Shown here piece after piece: positions 43,361 through 52,637 of a stretch of 64,000 nt of DNA. Made by a program: the position numbers and the translations under genes. Origin of the DNA: a virus; IMG/VR virus record IMGVR_UViG_3300050343_000135, positions 10,215 to 74,214 of that record; one strand, 5' to 3'. Position 1 is the first letter of the stretch, and each line of letters opens with the position of its first letter. The notes under the pieces are model-generated. The model was not told the DNA's origin. It did no database searches and worked only from the letters and a program-made list of their open reading frames with translations.

Positions 43361-43436
43361 AAAACTCCTTGACAAAACCTTATCCGCAGTATATAATAGT
43401 ATTATAAAAACAAACAAAAAGAATAAGGAGAACATT

Positions 43437-43763
43437 ATGGCATCAGCTAAAAATTACACAGAAGAAATGGTAGCTTCAATGACAGAAGCATACAAAGCCA
43501 ATCCTACAAGAGAAACAGTAGATGGCTTAGCAAGAGAATTTGGCAAGACTACAAGAAGTATCATTGCTAAACTTTCAAGAGAAGGCGTATATGTTGCTCA
43601 ACCAAGAACAACTAAATCTGGTGAAGCAATAGTAGCTAAATCTGAGTTGGTTTCTGAAGTTGCTACTATTCTAGGTGTGCAGGTTGAGGACATAGCATCT
43701 CTAGAAAAAGCAACAAAAGTCCACCTCAAAGAACTGGTGACAAGACTATCCCAAGTAGTCTAG
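43437..43763 (+). CDS. T5 A2-like DNA-binding protein
   Basis: NYTEEMV...LAREFGKTTRSIIAKLSREGVY...KSELV...IASLEKA; promoter 43369-43397; true start 43437 by RBS. Confidence 0.7.
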   Translation: MASAKNYTEEMVASMTEAYKANPTRETVDGLAREFGKTTRSIIAKLSREGVYVAQPRTTKSGEAIVAKSELVSEVATILGVQVEDIASLEKATKVHLKELVTRLSQVV

Positions 43764-43832
43764 TTGCGAACTCTGAGAACCTCGTGAAAAATAACACTTG
43801 ACACGAGGTTACCGCCAGAGTATAATATATTT

Positions 43833-44105
43833 ATAAAATTAAGAAACAGTAGAGAAGTGATAAAAGTAGGCTGACCCCCTCATTGTCACTTGGTTAAAGT
43901 GAACCTACTCTAGCTACTAAACATACCCTATCAAGTAGCAGATAGTATTTAACGGGAAAGTGGTGGGATTAAATACTGTTTTTTAGCTAGATAACTCTAG
44001 CGTGGTAAGTGTCTACGGAAGCACGCACAAAAGTGAAGTAGCAAGTTCGACTCTTGCACCACCTAGTAAAAGTTAGTACCAATCTAACATCTAGCTAAAA
44101 ACCAG
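43833..44105 (+). ncRNA. Candidate ncRNA 2 containing an anticodon-less tRNA-like domain
   Basis: Promoter 43798-43826; consecutive hairpins; D-arm, canonical T-arm GCAAG-TTCGACT-CTTGC and acceptor-like stem at 43997-44066, inside a 12-bp closing helix. Confidence 0.65.
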
Positions 44106-44167
44106 TTAAGTAGTAAATAAGTTAAAAATTTACTTGACACAAGGTTAAAAACGTAGTATAATATATA

Positions 44168-45163
44168 TTACAAAAAGGGGAAAAGTAGTTGGAAACAGGA
44201 AAAAATAAATGATTGAGCTTCGGCCAATAAATAATCCTCCAACAACTTGACCGAGTGAGGCGTCACATAAAACACTGCCGGATGCTCTTTAGACATAGAT
44301 GAGATTCACGTTAAATGTAAAAATGTCCGCTTTTGATAGTCGTTATGAGACATACCTTCCGCAGCAAGGAGAGAGTCATAACCGCATGAACTGATGCGTA
44401 AATATTTGAGTGGATACTTCCAATAAGTCCCCTGAGTACATAGTACGATTGCGAAGGACTCCAAAGTAGGGTGAGTAGCGACTAACACAACGGCAATAAG
44501 CAAAGCAGCAACGAAGCAAGAACAGTTCGGCACTTTATCGAAAGTATAAAATCGATTTGTTTTACTGCATTAATGGGCGTTACGACCTTCGGGTTTACTA
44601 AATGCAGAGGTAATTGTAAGCACAGGATATAGCCAAAATATCGGTGTAGAGTGAGGAAACCACGCTGTTCCTATCCCACGCCTCAACCGTTTCGGTAGCA
44701 GGAGTGTAGGGCAAGGACGAGAAGAAAACCAGTCTACTGCGACACGGGCGGACTAGATATTTATATCATAGCAACCAGTCAATAGTAGCAAACTCGGGCA
44801 AGGGAAAGGATGATGTTTCCTAGCCGCAGACTGCGAGAGCGAGGTGTCTTCGGGACGGGGGCAGTAGGCAACTAATTAAGAAGTGCAGACTTGGAACACT
44901 ATAAAAGCTAAGCAGCAAGAAGAACGGCAGTCGCTCTGTCAACTACTGAATAGTAGATATCTTAGTCAATAGCATTTGGACTTAAAACAGTGCATAGTAG
45001 ATAAGTGATGTGAAATAAGCAGTGCACCTTCGATTGAAGTTTGTAATATCCATCACCTCTAGCTACGCAGTGGACAGGTTCGTGAGTAATTCCAACACGA
45101 CCACTTTAAAATAAACTTACGTTCGGAGTTTAAATAGGCAGTTGAGATACTGCCTATTTTTTT
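44168..45163 (+). ncRNA. Candidate giant structured ncRNA (~1 kb)
   Basis: Consensus promoter 44134-44162, strong terminator 45132-45163, no plus-strand ORF of 60 aa or more, many nested helices and cUUCGg/GNRA loops. Confidence 0.75.
45132..45163 (+). terminator. Intrinsic terminator
   Basis: AAATAGGCAGT/ACTGCCTATTT stem plus T-run. Confidence 0.85.
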
Positions 45164-45265
45164 GTTTCGTAGAACTATATCTCAAAATTTTAAGGTCTTA
45201 AAAAATAGTTCTTGACAGACAACTTATTTCTCTGTATAATATATGTATATAAAAAGGAGACAAAG

Positions 45266-45610
45266 ATGGATTTATGGACAACAATCAAACACTTAGAAAA
45301 GGAACACAATTGCATAATATATGGCATACTTGAACCACAAGGTGTAGCAGAAGATTTATCTAGCTGGAGTAGTTTTGATGCTGAGGAGCGAACAGAAGAT
45401 TTCATAATGGACTCTTACGACATTCCAACGCAGTTAATGCTTGAAGCATTTGAGAACGCATATAACAATGTAAGTTCCGAGTACGACAACTACAACACTA
45501 TGCTAGAAGTAGTAGGCGATTACATAGTCGCAAAGTTAAAAGCAAAGCAGTGTGTATGTGGCGCAGTAGAATGCCCAGACGAGTACGCACACACAACGAG
45601 TGGGGTGTAA
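45266..45610 (+). CDS. Acidic hypothetical early protein with C-terminal CxC-x4-C
   Basis: Promoter 45212-45240; AAGGAG RBS; ATG at 45266. Confidence 0.65.
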   Translation: MDLWTTIKHLEKEHNCIIYGILEPQGVAEDLSSWSSFDAEERTEDFIMDSYDIPTQLMLEAFENAYNNVSSEYDNYNTMLEVVGDYIVAKLKAKQCVCGAVECPDEYAHTTSGV

Positions 45611-45899
45611 GATGGCAGACAAATTTACTAAGGGAGTCATGGGCGACCACAGTGCAAAAGTGATGCCTTTCCCCACCATTGACAGAGTCTCTTTTTATAG
45701 GAGCATATGGATAGAAGTATGACAGCAATAGCAGAGTTAAATGTGCAGTTGCAACAAGTACAAGACATGCTATTCAATGAAGTAGTAGAGTTCGAGACAT
45801 GCGTTGTTGAGTTACAAAACGAAATACAACGCTTGGAACGACTACTAAAAAATGAACAAACAATAAACAAGATAGGTAAAGACACATAGGAGGTGCAAC

Positions 45900-46121
45900 A
45901 TGCCAGTAAAATTTAAACCAAGTGCAAAGAAATACGTTAGAGGCGTACCGGCAAGTAAATTGCCAATGGAACACTTCTACATGCACACAATGAAAAAAGA
46001 AGAGCTATTTGAGTACATAAACGACAAAGGCCAAAACATGAAACCTAAAGTAAGACAGAAGTGCGTAAACGAACTTCAGCGTAGAGGTATCAAAATAGAA
46101 TGGGTGGAGGTGCAGTCATGA
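45900..46121 (+). CDS. Hypothetical early protein
   Basis: GGAGG RBS; 73 aa. Confidence 0.65.
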   Translation: MPVKFKPSAKKYVRGVPASKLPMEHFYMHTMKKEELFEYINDKGQNMKPKVRQKCVNELQRRGIKIEWVEVQS

Positions 46122-46261
46122 GATGGAGTGGTAAAGCGAAACATAAATCGCACAAAAAGAAAACTGCACAAGGTGATTCACATGGCAGAGTTAGCTTAAA
46201 TATGAACAAAAACAAGAAGCGTAGCTTCAAGAAATACAGGGGCAAGGCAGATGATAAATGA
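46118..46261 (+). CDS. Small basic protein ending KKYRG(QGR)
   Basis: MRWSGKAKHKSHKKKTAQGDS...KRSFKKYRG; coupled to both neighbours. Confidence 0.6.
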   Translation: MRWSGKAKHKSHKKKTAQGDSHGRVSLNMNKNKKRSFKKYRGKADDK

Positions 46262-46650
46262 TTATGCGAAATTTGTAGACAAATGTACCTCCGCTGAGAG
46301 TAGAGAAACGAGTGCTTTTCAGCAGAGAATAACAGCACTAAGCGTGATGCATCCTGATGTAGATTGGAGTAGATTAATGACTTCAGCTATAGGAATGTTA
46401 GCAGAAAGTGGAGAATTTACCGAGATTATGAAAAAAATATTTTTTCAAGGTAAAGAAATGAGTGAAGGCAACAGATATCATATGAAGCGTGAGCTAGGTG
46501 ATGTACTGTGGTACTGGATTCAAGGTTGTATTGCATCTAGGTTATACGCCTGAAGAAGTAATGAAAGAAAACATAGCAAAGCTAGAGAAGAGATATCCGA
46601 ATGGCTTTGAACAGATTCGTAGTGAAGTGCGAGAAGAAGGAGATATCTAG
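46251..46650 (+). CDS. mazG: MazG-like nucleoside triphosphate pyrophosphohydrolase (one indel)
   Basis: GMLAESGEFTEIMKK...KRELGDVLWY, then ENIAKLEKRYPNGF in a shifted frame. Confidence 0.85.
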
Positions 46651-46869
46651 TGGAAATGATAGAAAATTTATTAGCGGGTATTGGATTAATAACAGTAGTA
46701 GTAGGCATATTATTTGTCTGCGTATTTTGGGAGAACAGATAATGGCGAAAAAGAAAAATAATTTTGAAACAGAGCTAAGCAAGTACAAACACAGCTTAGA
46801 GCTTGTGAGAACAGTAGTGCCTATATTAGTACTAATTCTACAAGTGTTTATTCTAGGGAGGATTATATA

Positions 46870-47500
46870 ATGGCAAATCATGTATATTTTACAATAAGTG
46901 TAGAAGGTCTATCAGACGAACAATGGGATGAAGGAGTCAAGGTAGGGTAAAGGGAACTAGGAACGATTACGATGGAAACCCATACGAGTACGAAGATTGG
47001 GACTATATAGAGAACCAACCATTCATGGCAAGTGTAAAGAAAACATTTGATAAAGATGGAGAACTAGAAAACTCATACGACTGGTACTGTAATAATGTAG
47101 GTGCTAAGTGGTGTAACATAGAAGAAATGGATAGCTGCTTTATAACTGGTTATTCAGCTTGGAGACAACCTATAGAACTAGTAGCAAATCTAATTGAATG
47201 GTATTCAAACGAGTTTGATACCGAAGTAAGTGCAATTATGACTTATGAAGATGAGTTCAGAAACTTCCTAGGAAAGCAGTACTTTGCAGTAGAACACAAT
47301 AACCTACAGTGGACTGCATATGAAGGAGAAACCTATGAAACTGATGGAGATGAGCTAGTAGAAGAATTCAATGAGAGATTCCCTGACATAGACACAACGC
47401 AGAAGACTTTGACTGGTTTGAAGAAGTAAAGACTGGTGGCGATATAATATATCCTCATGAAGTGCTAGATGAAATTGTAGACGATTTCTGGAGTAAGGCA
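46870..47500 (+). CDS. DUF1281/YubB-like acidic protein, split by indels
   Basis: MANHV..., YDWYCNNVGAKW, SAWRQP motifs. Confidence 0.5.
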
Positions 47501-47745
47501 TGACACAGTATATAAACGAAGTAGAAAAACAAAGACTGTATCTAGCTGCTGAAGACTGGGGAAACAAAGTATCGCAGATATACTCAACAAAAGGTGGAGC
47601 AGGAGATTTAGGCTTTGGTATGGGAATGTTTGTTTACTATAACAATGGAGCAGTACATAAGCTAGAAGGAAAGAAGATAAGTATATGTCAAGTTCCGAAC
47701 AGTATAGAACAAGTCATAGACGACTATGAAAGGAAGGATGTATGA
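47500..47745 (+). CDS. Hypothetical protein
   Basis: 81 aa, coupled to its neighbours. Confidence 0.6.
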   Translation: MTQYINEVEKQRLYLAAEDWGNKVSQIYSTKGGAGDLGFGMGMFVYYNNGAVHKLEGKKISICQVPNSIEQVIDDYERKDV

Positions 47746-48044
47746 ACTACAGTAAGGAAATAACAGCGGATATAGTAAAAAGATATAGGGACGCTCCAAA
47801 CCGCCAAACAGTTGCGATTCTCGCAAAAGAACTTGGCAAGAGTGAGAAGTCCGTTATAGGAAAACTAAGCAAGGAAGGAGTATATAAACGAAGTGTTTAT
47901 GTAACGAAAGCTGGAGAAAAGCCAGTAACAAAAGCACAACTAGTGCAAGAATTAGAGGAGAAGTTAGATGCGAACTTGGAAGGGCTAGAGAAAGCTCCGA
48001 AAGAGACTCTACGCTCCTTAGTGGAGGCAATATGCGAAGAATAG
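47742..48044 (+). CDS. Second A2-like paralogue
   Basis: NYSKEIT...LAKELGKSEKSVIGKLSKEGVY...TKAGEKPVTKAQLV...GLEKA aligns along its length with 43437-43763. Confidence 0.75.
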   Translation: MNYSKEITADIVKRYRDAPNRQTVAILAKELGKSEKSVIGKLSKEGVYKRSVYVTKAGEKPVTKAQLVQELEEKLDANLEGLEKAPKETLRSLVEAICEE

Positions 48045-48303
48045 TAATGACACCAAAAGGTCTAGGAATGTGTGATAGACAGGAGTTTCGAATGCATGGG
48101 GATTTAATGTACCTAAAGGTTACGCTAAAGACTGGGAAAGTGTAGAATATTTGAACACTGAAGTAAGATTTCTAGATATGGAAGTAGAAGTTGAGGAAAT
48201 AAAAAGACGTAAAAGATTAGATGCAATTACGGGAAAGATTAATGAAAAATTTTGAATTGGGCGAAGTCTTTAGATAATTAAGACGCAGTTTTAGACAGAC
48301 ATC

Positions 48304-48334
48304 AAAGACCGATTAGCTTTTAGTCGGTCTTTTT
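48304..48334. terminator. Bidirectional terminator between convergent units
   Basis: AAAGACCGA..TCGGTCTTTTT hairpin. Confidence 0.8.
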
Positions 48335-48492
48335 CGTTGTTTGAATTAGATTGTATTTTCTCTCTCGACCTTTCACTCAGTTCATCTCAGGTCTCTTCTT
48401 CGCTTACGCTCGAAGAGCCTTGTTTTAAGATAATCGGAGTAGGTCTCGATTAGGAGAGAGAAGAATGAATTGAGTAATTATTCTAATTTATA
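48304..48492 (-). ncRNA. Candidate ~190-nt rod-shaped small RNA downstream of rpsU
   Basis: Own promoter TTGCAA-17-TAAAAT (48499-48527); long bulged hairpin capped by a GUAA tetraloop; G-U pairs work only on the minus strand. Confidence 0.6.
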
Positions 48493-48572
48493 GTATATAT
48501 TTTATCACACTTTTATCAAGATTGCAAGTTTTATTTTTGGTAGGGTCATTATAGCTACTTTCTGGGAACGTC

Positions 48573-48800
48573 TTATCTCCGAGAAAATTTATTTCTCTTA
48601 CGATAGTCAGATGAGATTTGATTGAGAGATTTAAGATGTCTCTTCCTCTGCTCGTTTTTCTTACGTTTGCGTTTCACTGTTGGTTTCTCATAGAATTCGA
48701 GTTCGCGACAGCGTTCTTTGATTTGAGCGGCCTCACATTTCTTACGAAAAATACGAATTGCCTTTTCTGTTGGCATGTTTTTACAGTATATACTAGGCAT
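48573..48800 (-). CDS. rpsU: Phage-encoded ribosomal protein bS21
   Basis: EKAIRIFRKKCE...RELEFYEKPTVKRKRKK. Confidence 0.88.
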   Translation of the reverse strand: MPSIYCKNMPTEKAIRIFRKKCEAAQIKERCRELEFYEKPTVKRKRKKNEQRKRHLKSLNQISSDYRKRNKFSRR

Positions 48801-48965
48801 GCGCTCTCCTGTTATTGAAAGTCCAGCCTCTCTTTCGTAAGTAATGTATCTGCGAATAGAGTTGACTCTCAGTAACCTGAAGTTTCTTGCAAATGTCTGT
48901 GCGTCGAATTACCTTGTAGTTTCCTTTAAATACTGCTTATCTTCTTGAGTCCATCTTTTGTTCAT
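48790..48965 (-). CDS. Small HTH/Myb-like protein, with indels
   Basis: MNKRWTQEDKQYLK...SQ..YLRKRGWTF; promoter 48972-49000. Confidence 0.5.
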
Positions 48966-49431
48966 ATCCATATTATACTAAAAATAGAACCTGTTGTCAA
49001 GTATTATTTTTGACCATGTTAAATATAGTACTTGACCTCGCGTTAGAAAAGTTGTATAATATATACATAAAAAAGGAAACACTATGAACAATAATGATTT
49101 AGCAGTACTGATATGGTTATTACTATCAAATGTGGGAACTTACTTTTTCTGTAAGTACCATTTTATACGACATACCATAGATGTTCTCGAAGATAAAGGG
49201 CTACTAATCCTCGAAGATGATGAAAAATAATTCTTGACATCAACTTCCAAATTTAGTATAATATATCAGTAGTTAGATTTATTCTAGCTATGGGATATGG
49301 GATGGTATAGTTCAATCAATAAAACAGGTTCTTTCTGCATCTTTGAACATTCAGTTTTAGAACTAGGGAATTAATGCTACCGAAAGGGGCAAACTTAACC
49401 AAGATGCAAGCTTACTGAAAAGGAGACAACA

Positions 49432-49826
49432 ATGACAATAGACAATATCTATTAAAGCACTTTCTCGGCTTTGACGAGAGATTTTTTAACCCCGTTGACG
49501 ATACAGCGTATCCTCGACACAATATAGTAACACGCGGTGATGACTACTTTCGTATTGAAATGGCGTTGCCAGGCTGGATTAAGGAGAACATTGAAGTAAC
49601 TTTGGAGAACAGGCAACTGACTATCCAAGGAAATACTAAACTAGAGTGTGGAGAAGAGGAATCTTACTTACACAAAGGCATAAGTGGAAAAGTGTTTAAA
49701 AGAACTTTCTCTCTTGGCGAATTTATAAACGTCAATGAGGTAGAGTTTGAAAACGGCTTGCTAAGCATAGAATTAGAGAAGGTCATACCAGATGAGAAGA
49801 AACCAAAGGTATTTGACATAAAATGA
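49432..49826 (+). CDS. Small heat-shock protein (Hsp20/IbpA family), with an N-terminal indel
   Basis: YPRHNIV, EMALPGW, YLHKGISGKVFKRTFSL, FENGLLSIELEKVIPDEKKP. Confidence 0.9.
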
Positions 49827-49977
49827 GACAATTTAACAAATTAAAACTTTTAATTTGTGAAGATGGCAAGTTCTGTGATGCTACTATGAACAGTTTATTA
49901 GTGATAACATTCGGTGGAATCATGATAAATAGTATTAGCACACTAACTTAACAACCGAACAAAGGGTAAAGTTATAG

Positions 49978-49999
49978 AGGGAGCTTCGGCTCCCTTTTT
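49978..49999 (+). terminator. Intrinsic terminator
   Basis: AGGGAGC-TTCG-GCTCCCT-TTTT. Confidence 0.85.
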
Positions 50000-50014
50000 A
50001 CACAGAGGAAAAAT

Positions 50015-50458
50015 ATGAATATATCACAGGAGGGCTTAGCCCTTATCAAGAAGTTTGAAGGACTAGAACTGAAAGCATATAATTGTGCAGCTGGAGTATG
50101 GACCATTGGTTATGGACATACAGCAGGCGTGCAAGAAGATGATGTTTGGTCTGAAGAATACGCAAACGAACAACTAGAAAAAGACATGGAAGAATACGCT
50201 GGGTATATCAATGACCTAGTAACATGTAAATTATCACAGAACCAGTTTGATGCCCTAGTATCATGGGTATACAATCTCGGCCCAGCCAATCTAAAGGCAT
50301 CTACACTACTTAAAAAACTTAATGCAGAAGACTATGCAGATATTCCTACTCAAATCAAAAGATGGAATAAAGCAGGTGGCAAGGTATTAGAAGGACTTAT
50401 AAGAAGAAGAGAAGCAGAAGCTCTACTTTTTGAAGCTAAAGACTGGGAACATGTCTAA
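50015..50458 (+). CDS. Endolysin (GH24 lysozyme)
   Basis: IKKFEG...CAAGVWTIGYGHT...QFDALVSWVYNLG...GLIRRREAE. Confidence 0.95.
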   Translation: MNISQEGLALIKKFEGLELKAYNCAAGVWTIGYGHTAGVQEDDVWSEEYANEQLEKDMEEYAGYINDLVTCKLSQNQFDALVSWVYNLGPANLKASTLLKKLNAEDYADIPTQIKRWNKAGGKVLEGLIRRREAEALLFEAKDWEHV

Positions 50459-50681
50459 GATAACCTTCTCAAAAGGGATAGATTGGATAAAGAGTCTTTT
50501 TGAAACAAGATATAAACTAATCGTCAGTTACAACTCGACATACGGAGATGGGGATGACCAAGCAGTTTATAGTAACAAAATTCTTTATAAAGAGAGATAA
50601 ATACTTAAAATTCAAAACAATCAGTGGAGAAACAGTAGAAATCAGAGGAGCTGAAGGGCTCAATTATAGGATACAAGAACT

Positions 50682-51092
50682 ATGAATCAATTTTTTATAG
50701 CAATTATAGTAGTATTATCACTAGGAAGTTGGTATCTTTGGAGTGATAATCAAACACTTCGAGAGAACAATGCCCAGTTAATGGTAGCTGCAGCGACACA
50801 GGAAGAAACAATATCGCAGTTACAAAATGATATGGCACTACAAGGACAGTCTCTTTTAGAGCTACAGTCTAAAGGTCAGGAAATCCAACAAGAGATGGAC
50901 AGATACTTAGATATTTTTAAGAGACATAATTTAACAAAGTTAGCGGCAGCAAAGCCAGGTCTGATAGAGACAAGAGCTAACAAAGCAACAAAGGAGGCGT
51001 TTGATGGAATTGAAGAAGACAGTCGTGACATCGATGCTGCTGATGATAGTCTCATCGTGCAGCCTACTACCAACGAAGACATTAGAGGTTAG
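50682..51092 (+). CDS. i-spanin (Rz-like)
   Basis: N-terminal TM, coiled coil, LAAAKPGLIE motif; overlaps a lipoprotein gene. Confidence 0.7.
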   Translation: MNQFFIAIIVVLSLGSWYLWSDNQTLRENNAQLMVAAATQEETISQLQNDMALQGQSLLELQSKGQEIQQEMDRYLDIFKRHNLTKLAAAKPGLIETRANKATKEAFDGIEEDSRDIDAADDSLIVQPTTNEDIRG

Positions 51093-51354
51093 TGCGAAAC
51101 CAATCGAAAGAAAGATTATTCAACCTATCCTGCCCCGTGAAATAGACTTAAAAGAACCATATTGGTATGTGGTTTCAGATAAGAACCTTGACGAATTTCT
51201 ATCGAGAGTAGAAAAAGACCAAGGTCAAGTAGTATTCTTTGCAATGTCAGTTCCAGATTATGAACTGATGGCATATAATACTCAAGAGCTCAAACGTTAT
51301 ATAAACGAGCTCAAAGAGGTGGTTATCTACTATAGGAAAGTAACTACCGAATAA
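51001..51354 (+). CDS. o-spanin (Rz1-like lipoprotein)
   Basis: Lipobox IVSSC; overlaps the i-spanin gene in another frame. Confidence 0.7.
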   Translation: MMELKKTVVTSMLLMIVSSCSLLPTKTLEVSAKPIERKIIQPILPREIDLKEPYWYVVSDKNLDEFLSRVEKDQGQVVFFAMSVPDYELMAYNTQELKRYINELKEVVIYYRKVTTE

Positions 51355-51364
51355 GGAGACTAGT

Positions 51365-51541
51365 ATGTTAGAATTCTTTCAATGGGTGCAAGCCCTAATC
51401 GCAATTGTGCCAACCATAGTGTTGGTTGCATCTGCAGTAGCGGCATTAACACCTACACCACTCGACGATGGGTGGATGAAAAAAATCTATGTTGTATTAG
51501 ATTGGTGCGCACTTAATGTGGGCAGAGCAAAGGATAAGTAA
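51365..51541 (+). CDS. Small membrane protein, holin candidate
   Basis: AAGGAG RBS; hydrophobic IVLVASAVAALTPTPLDD...LDWCALNVG. Confidence 0.5.
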   Translation: MLEFFQWVQALIAIVPTIVLVASAVAALTPTPLDDGWMKKIYVVLDWCALNVGRAKDK

Positions 51542-51993
51542 TGTCAGAAGCAGTAGACAATAGAAACGAGGTAAACATTGACCTCGAGAAATATATGTCA
51601 CTTGTCGAGAAACTCGACGGCGCAGAAGACACTATATCCGCTCTCAAAACAGAAGCTGAAGCAGCAAGAAAGCAACTTGCTCCACCAAAAAGAAAGCTTA
51701 TGGACTTGTTCTTAGATGACAATGACATAAACGAAAAGTCTATTATTGGCTTTATGTCTTTCTTTTTAATGTTCGTATTCGGAACCTGTGATTTAATTAC
51801 AGCGTTTTGGGGCATGGACTTACAGATTAGTGATACTATCTACACTTCGTTTGTAGTTGTAACACTAGGAGCATTTGGTATCTCGGAAGCAGGAAAAGCC
51901 TTCGGAAATAATTATCTCACCAGTTGGAAGTCGAGCTTACTCTTAGTTCGACTTTCACCTTTTACAATCCCTACTAAATATAAACCTCACTAA
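51541..51993 (+). CDS. Membrane protein (coiled coil plus 2 TM); C-terminus probably over-extended by an indel
   Basis: DDNDINEKSIIGFMSF...TLGAFGISEAGKAF. Confidence 0.6.
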   Translation: MSEAVDNRNEVNIDLEKYMSLVEKLDGAEDTISALKTEAEAARKQLAPPKRKLMDLFLDDNDINEKSIIGFMSFFLMFVFGTCDLITAFWGMDLQISDTIYTSFVVVTLGAFGISEAGKAFGNNYLTSWKSSLLLVRLSPFTIPTKYKPH

Positions 51994-52037
51994 AAATAAG
52001 TCTTGACAACGGGTCGAAATTTCTGTATAATAGATTT

Positions 52038-52637
52038 ATGAATTTATTTTACTTAGACGAAAATTTAGATATGTGTGCGGAAGCTCATGTAGACAAACAT
52101 ATAGTTAAGATGCCACTCGAAGCAGCCCAGCTACTTTGTACGGCAGTATGGATAGATTCAGTTCTAGGTTTCATTCCGCGAGCACTTAATAAAGAGGAAA
52201 CTCGAGAACTTAATTCTCGAAAGTCAGAAATTAAACACTTGCCAATGGAAGAGAGACCCTTGACACCTTACCTTCCAATGATGTACAATCACCCTTGTAC
52301 TATTTGGACTCGATCATCGCTTGATAACTTCGAATGGGTTCACTGTTATGCAAATGCCCTCAACGACGAATATTATTATAGATACGGTAAACAGCACAAA
52401 TCAGTGGTGGAAGTAATCAACCGATTACCAGAACCCAAAAACATGGAGAGACTAGGAATGACGGAGTTCCTACTAGCCATGCCTGACGAGCTCAAAATGG
52501 AAGGTAATCCGATTCAGTCTTATAGAGACTACTATCACTTAGACAAAGCAACTTTTGCTAAGTGGTCACACAGAGACAAACCACATTGGTGGAATGAAGA
52601 TTACGCCGACTATGAAAAAAGGATAACAGCAAAATGA
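52038..52637 (+). CDS. Pyrimidine-dimer DNA glycosylase-like protein (DenV family)
   Basis: MNLFYLD...HVDKHIVKMPLEAAQLL...NHPCTIW...RYGKQH...AMPD...SYRDYY; promoter 52003-52031. Confidence 0.75.
   Translation: MNLFYLDENLDMCAEAHVDKHIVKMPLEAAQLLCTAVWIDSVLGFIPRALNKEETRELNSRKSEIKHLPMEERPLTPYLPMMYNHPCTIWTRSSLDNFEWVHCYANALNDEYYYRYGKQHKSVVEVINRLPEPKNMERLGMTEFLLAMPDELKMEGNPIQSYRDYYHLDKATFAKWSHRDKPHWWNEDYADYEKRITAK

Noticed and set aside
43329-43436. N-terminal extensions in the ORF track (also 42357, 45212, 58905, 27371-27412)
   Set aside because: The extensions cross promoter or terminator sequences; RBS-supported starts lie downstream.
44306-44533. 75-aa minus-strand ORF inside the large RNA
   Set aside because: No RBS or promoter, atypical composition, and it opposes a strong plus-strand promoter.
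44168-45163. tmRNA, RNase P or intron identity for the 1-kb RNA
   Set aside because: No tmRNA acceptor ends or tag ending in Ala-Ala-stop, GAGGAAACCAC departs from the RNase P GAGGAAAGUCC motif, and there is no interrupted host gene.
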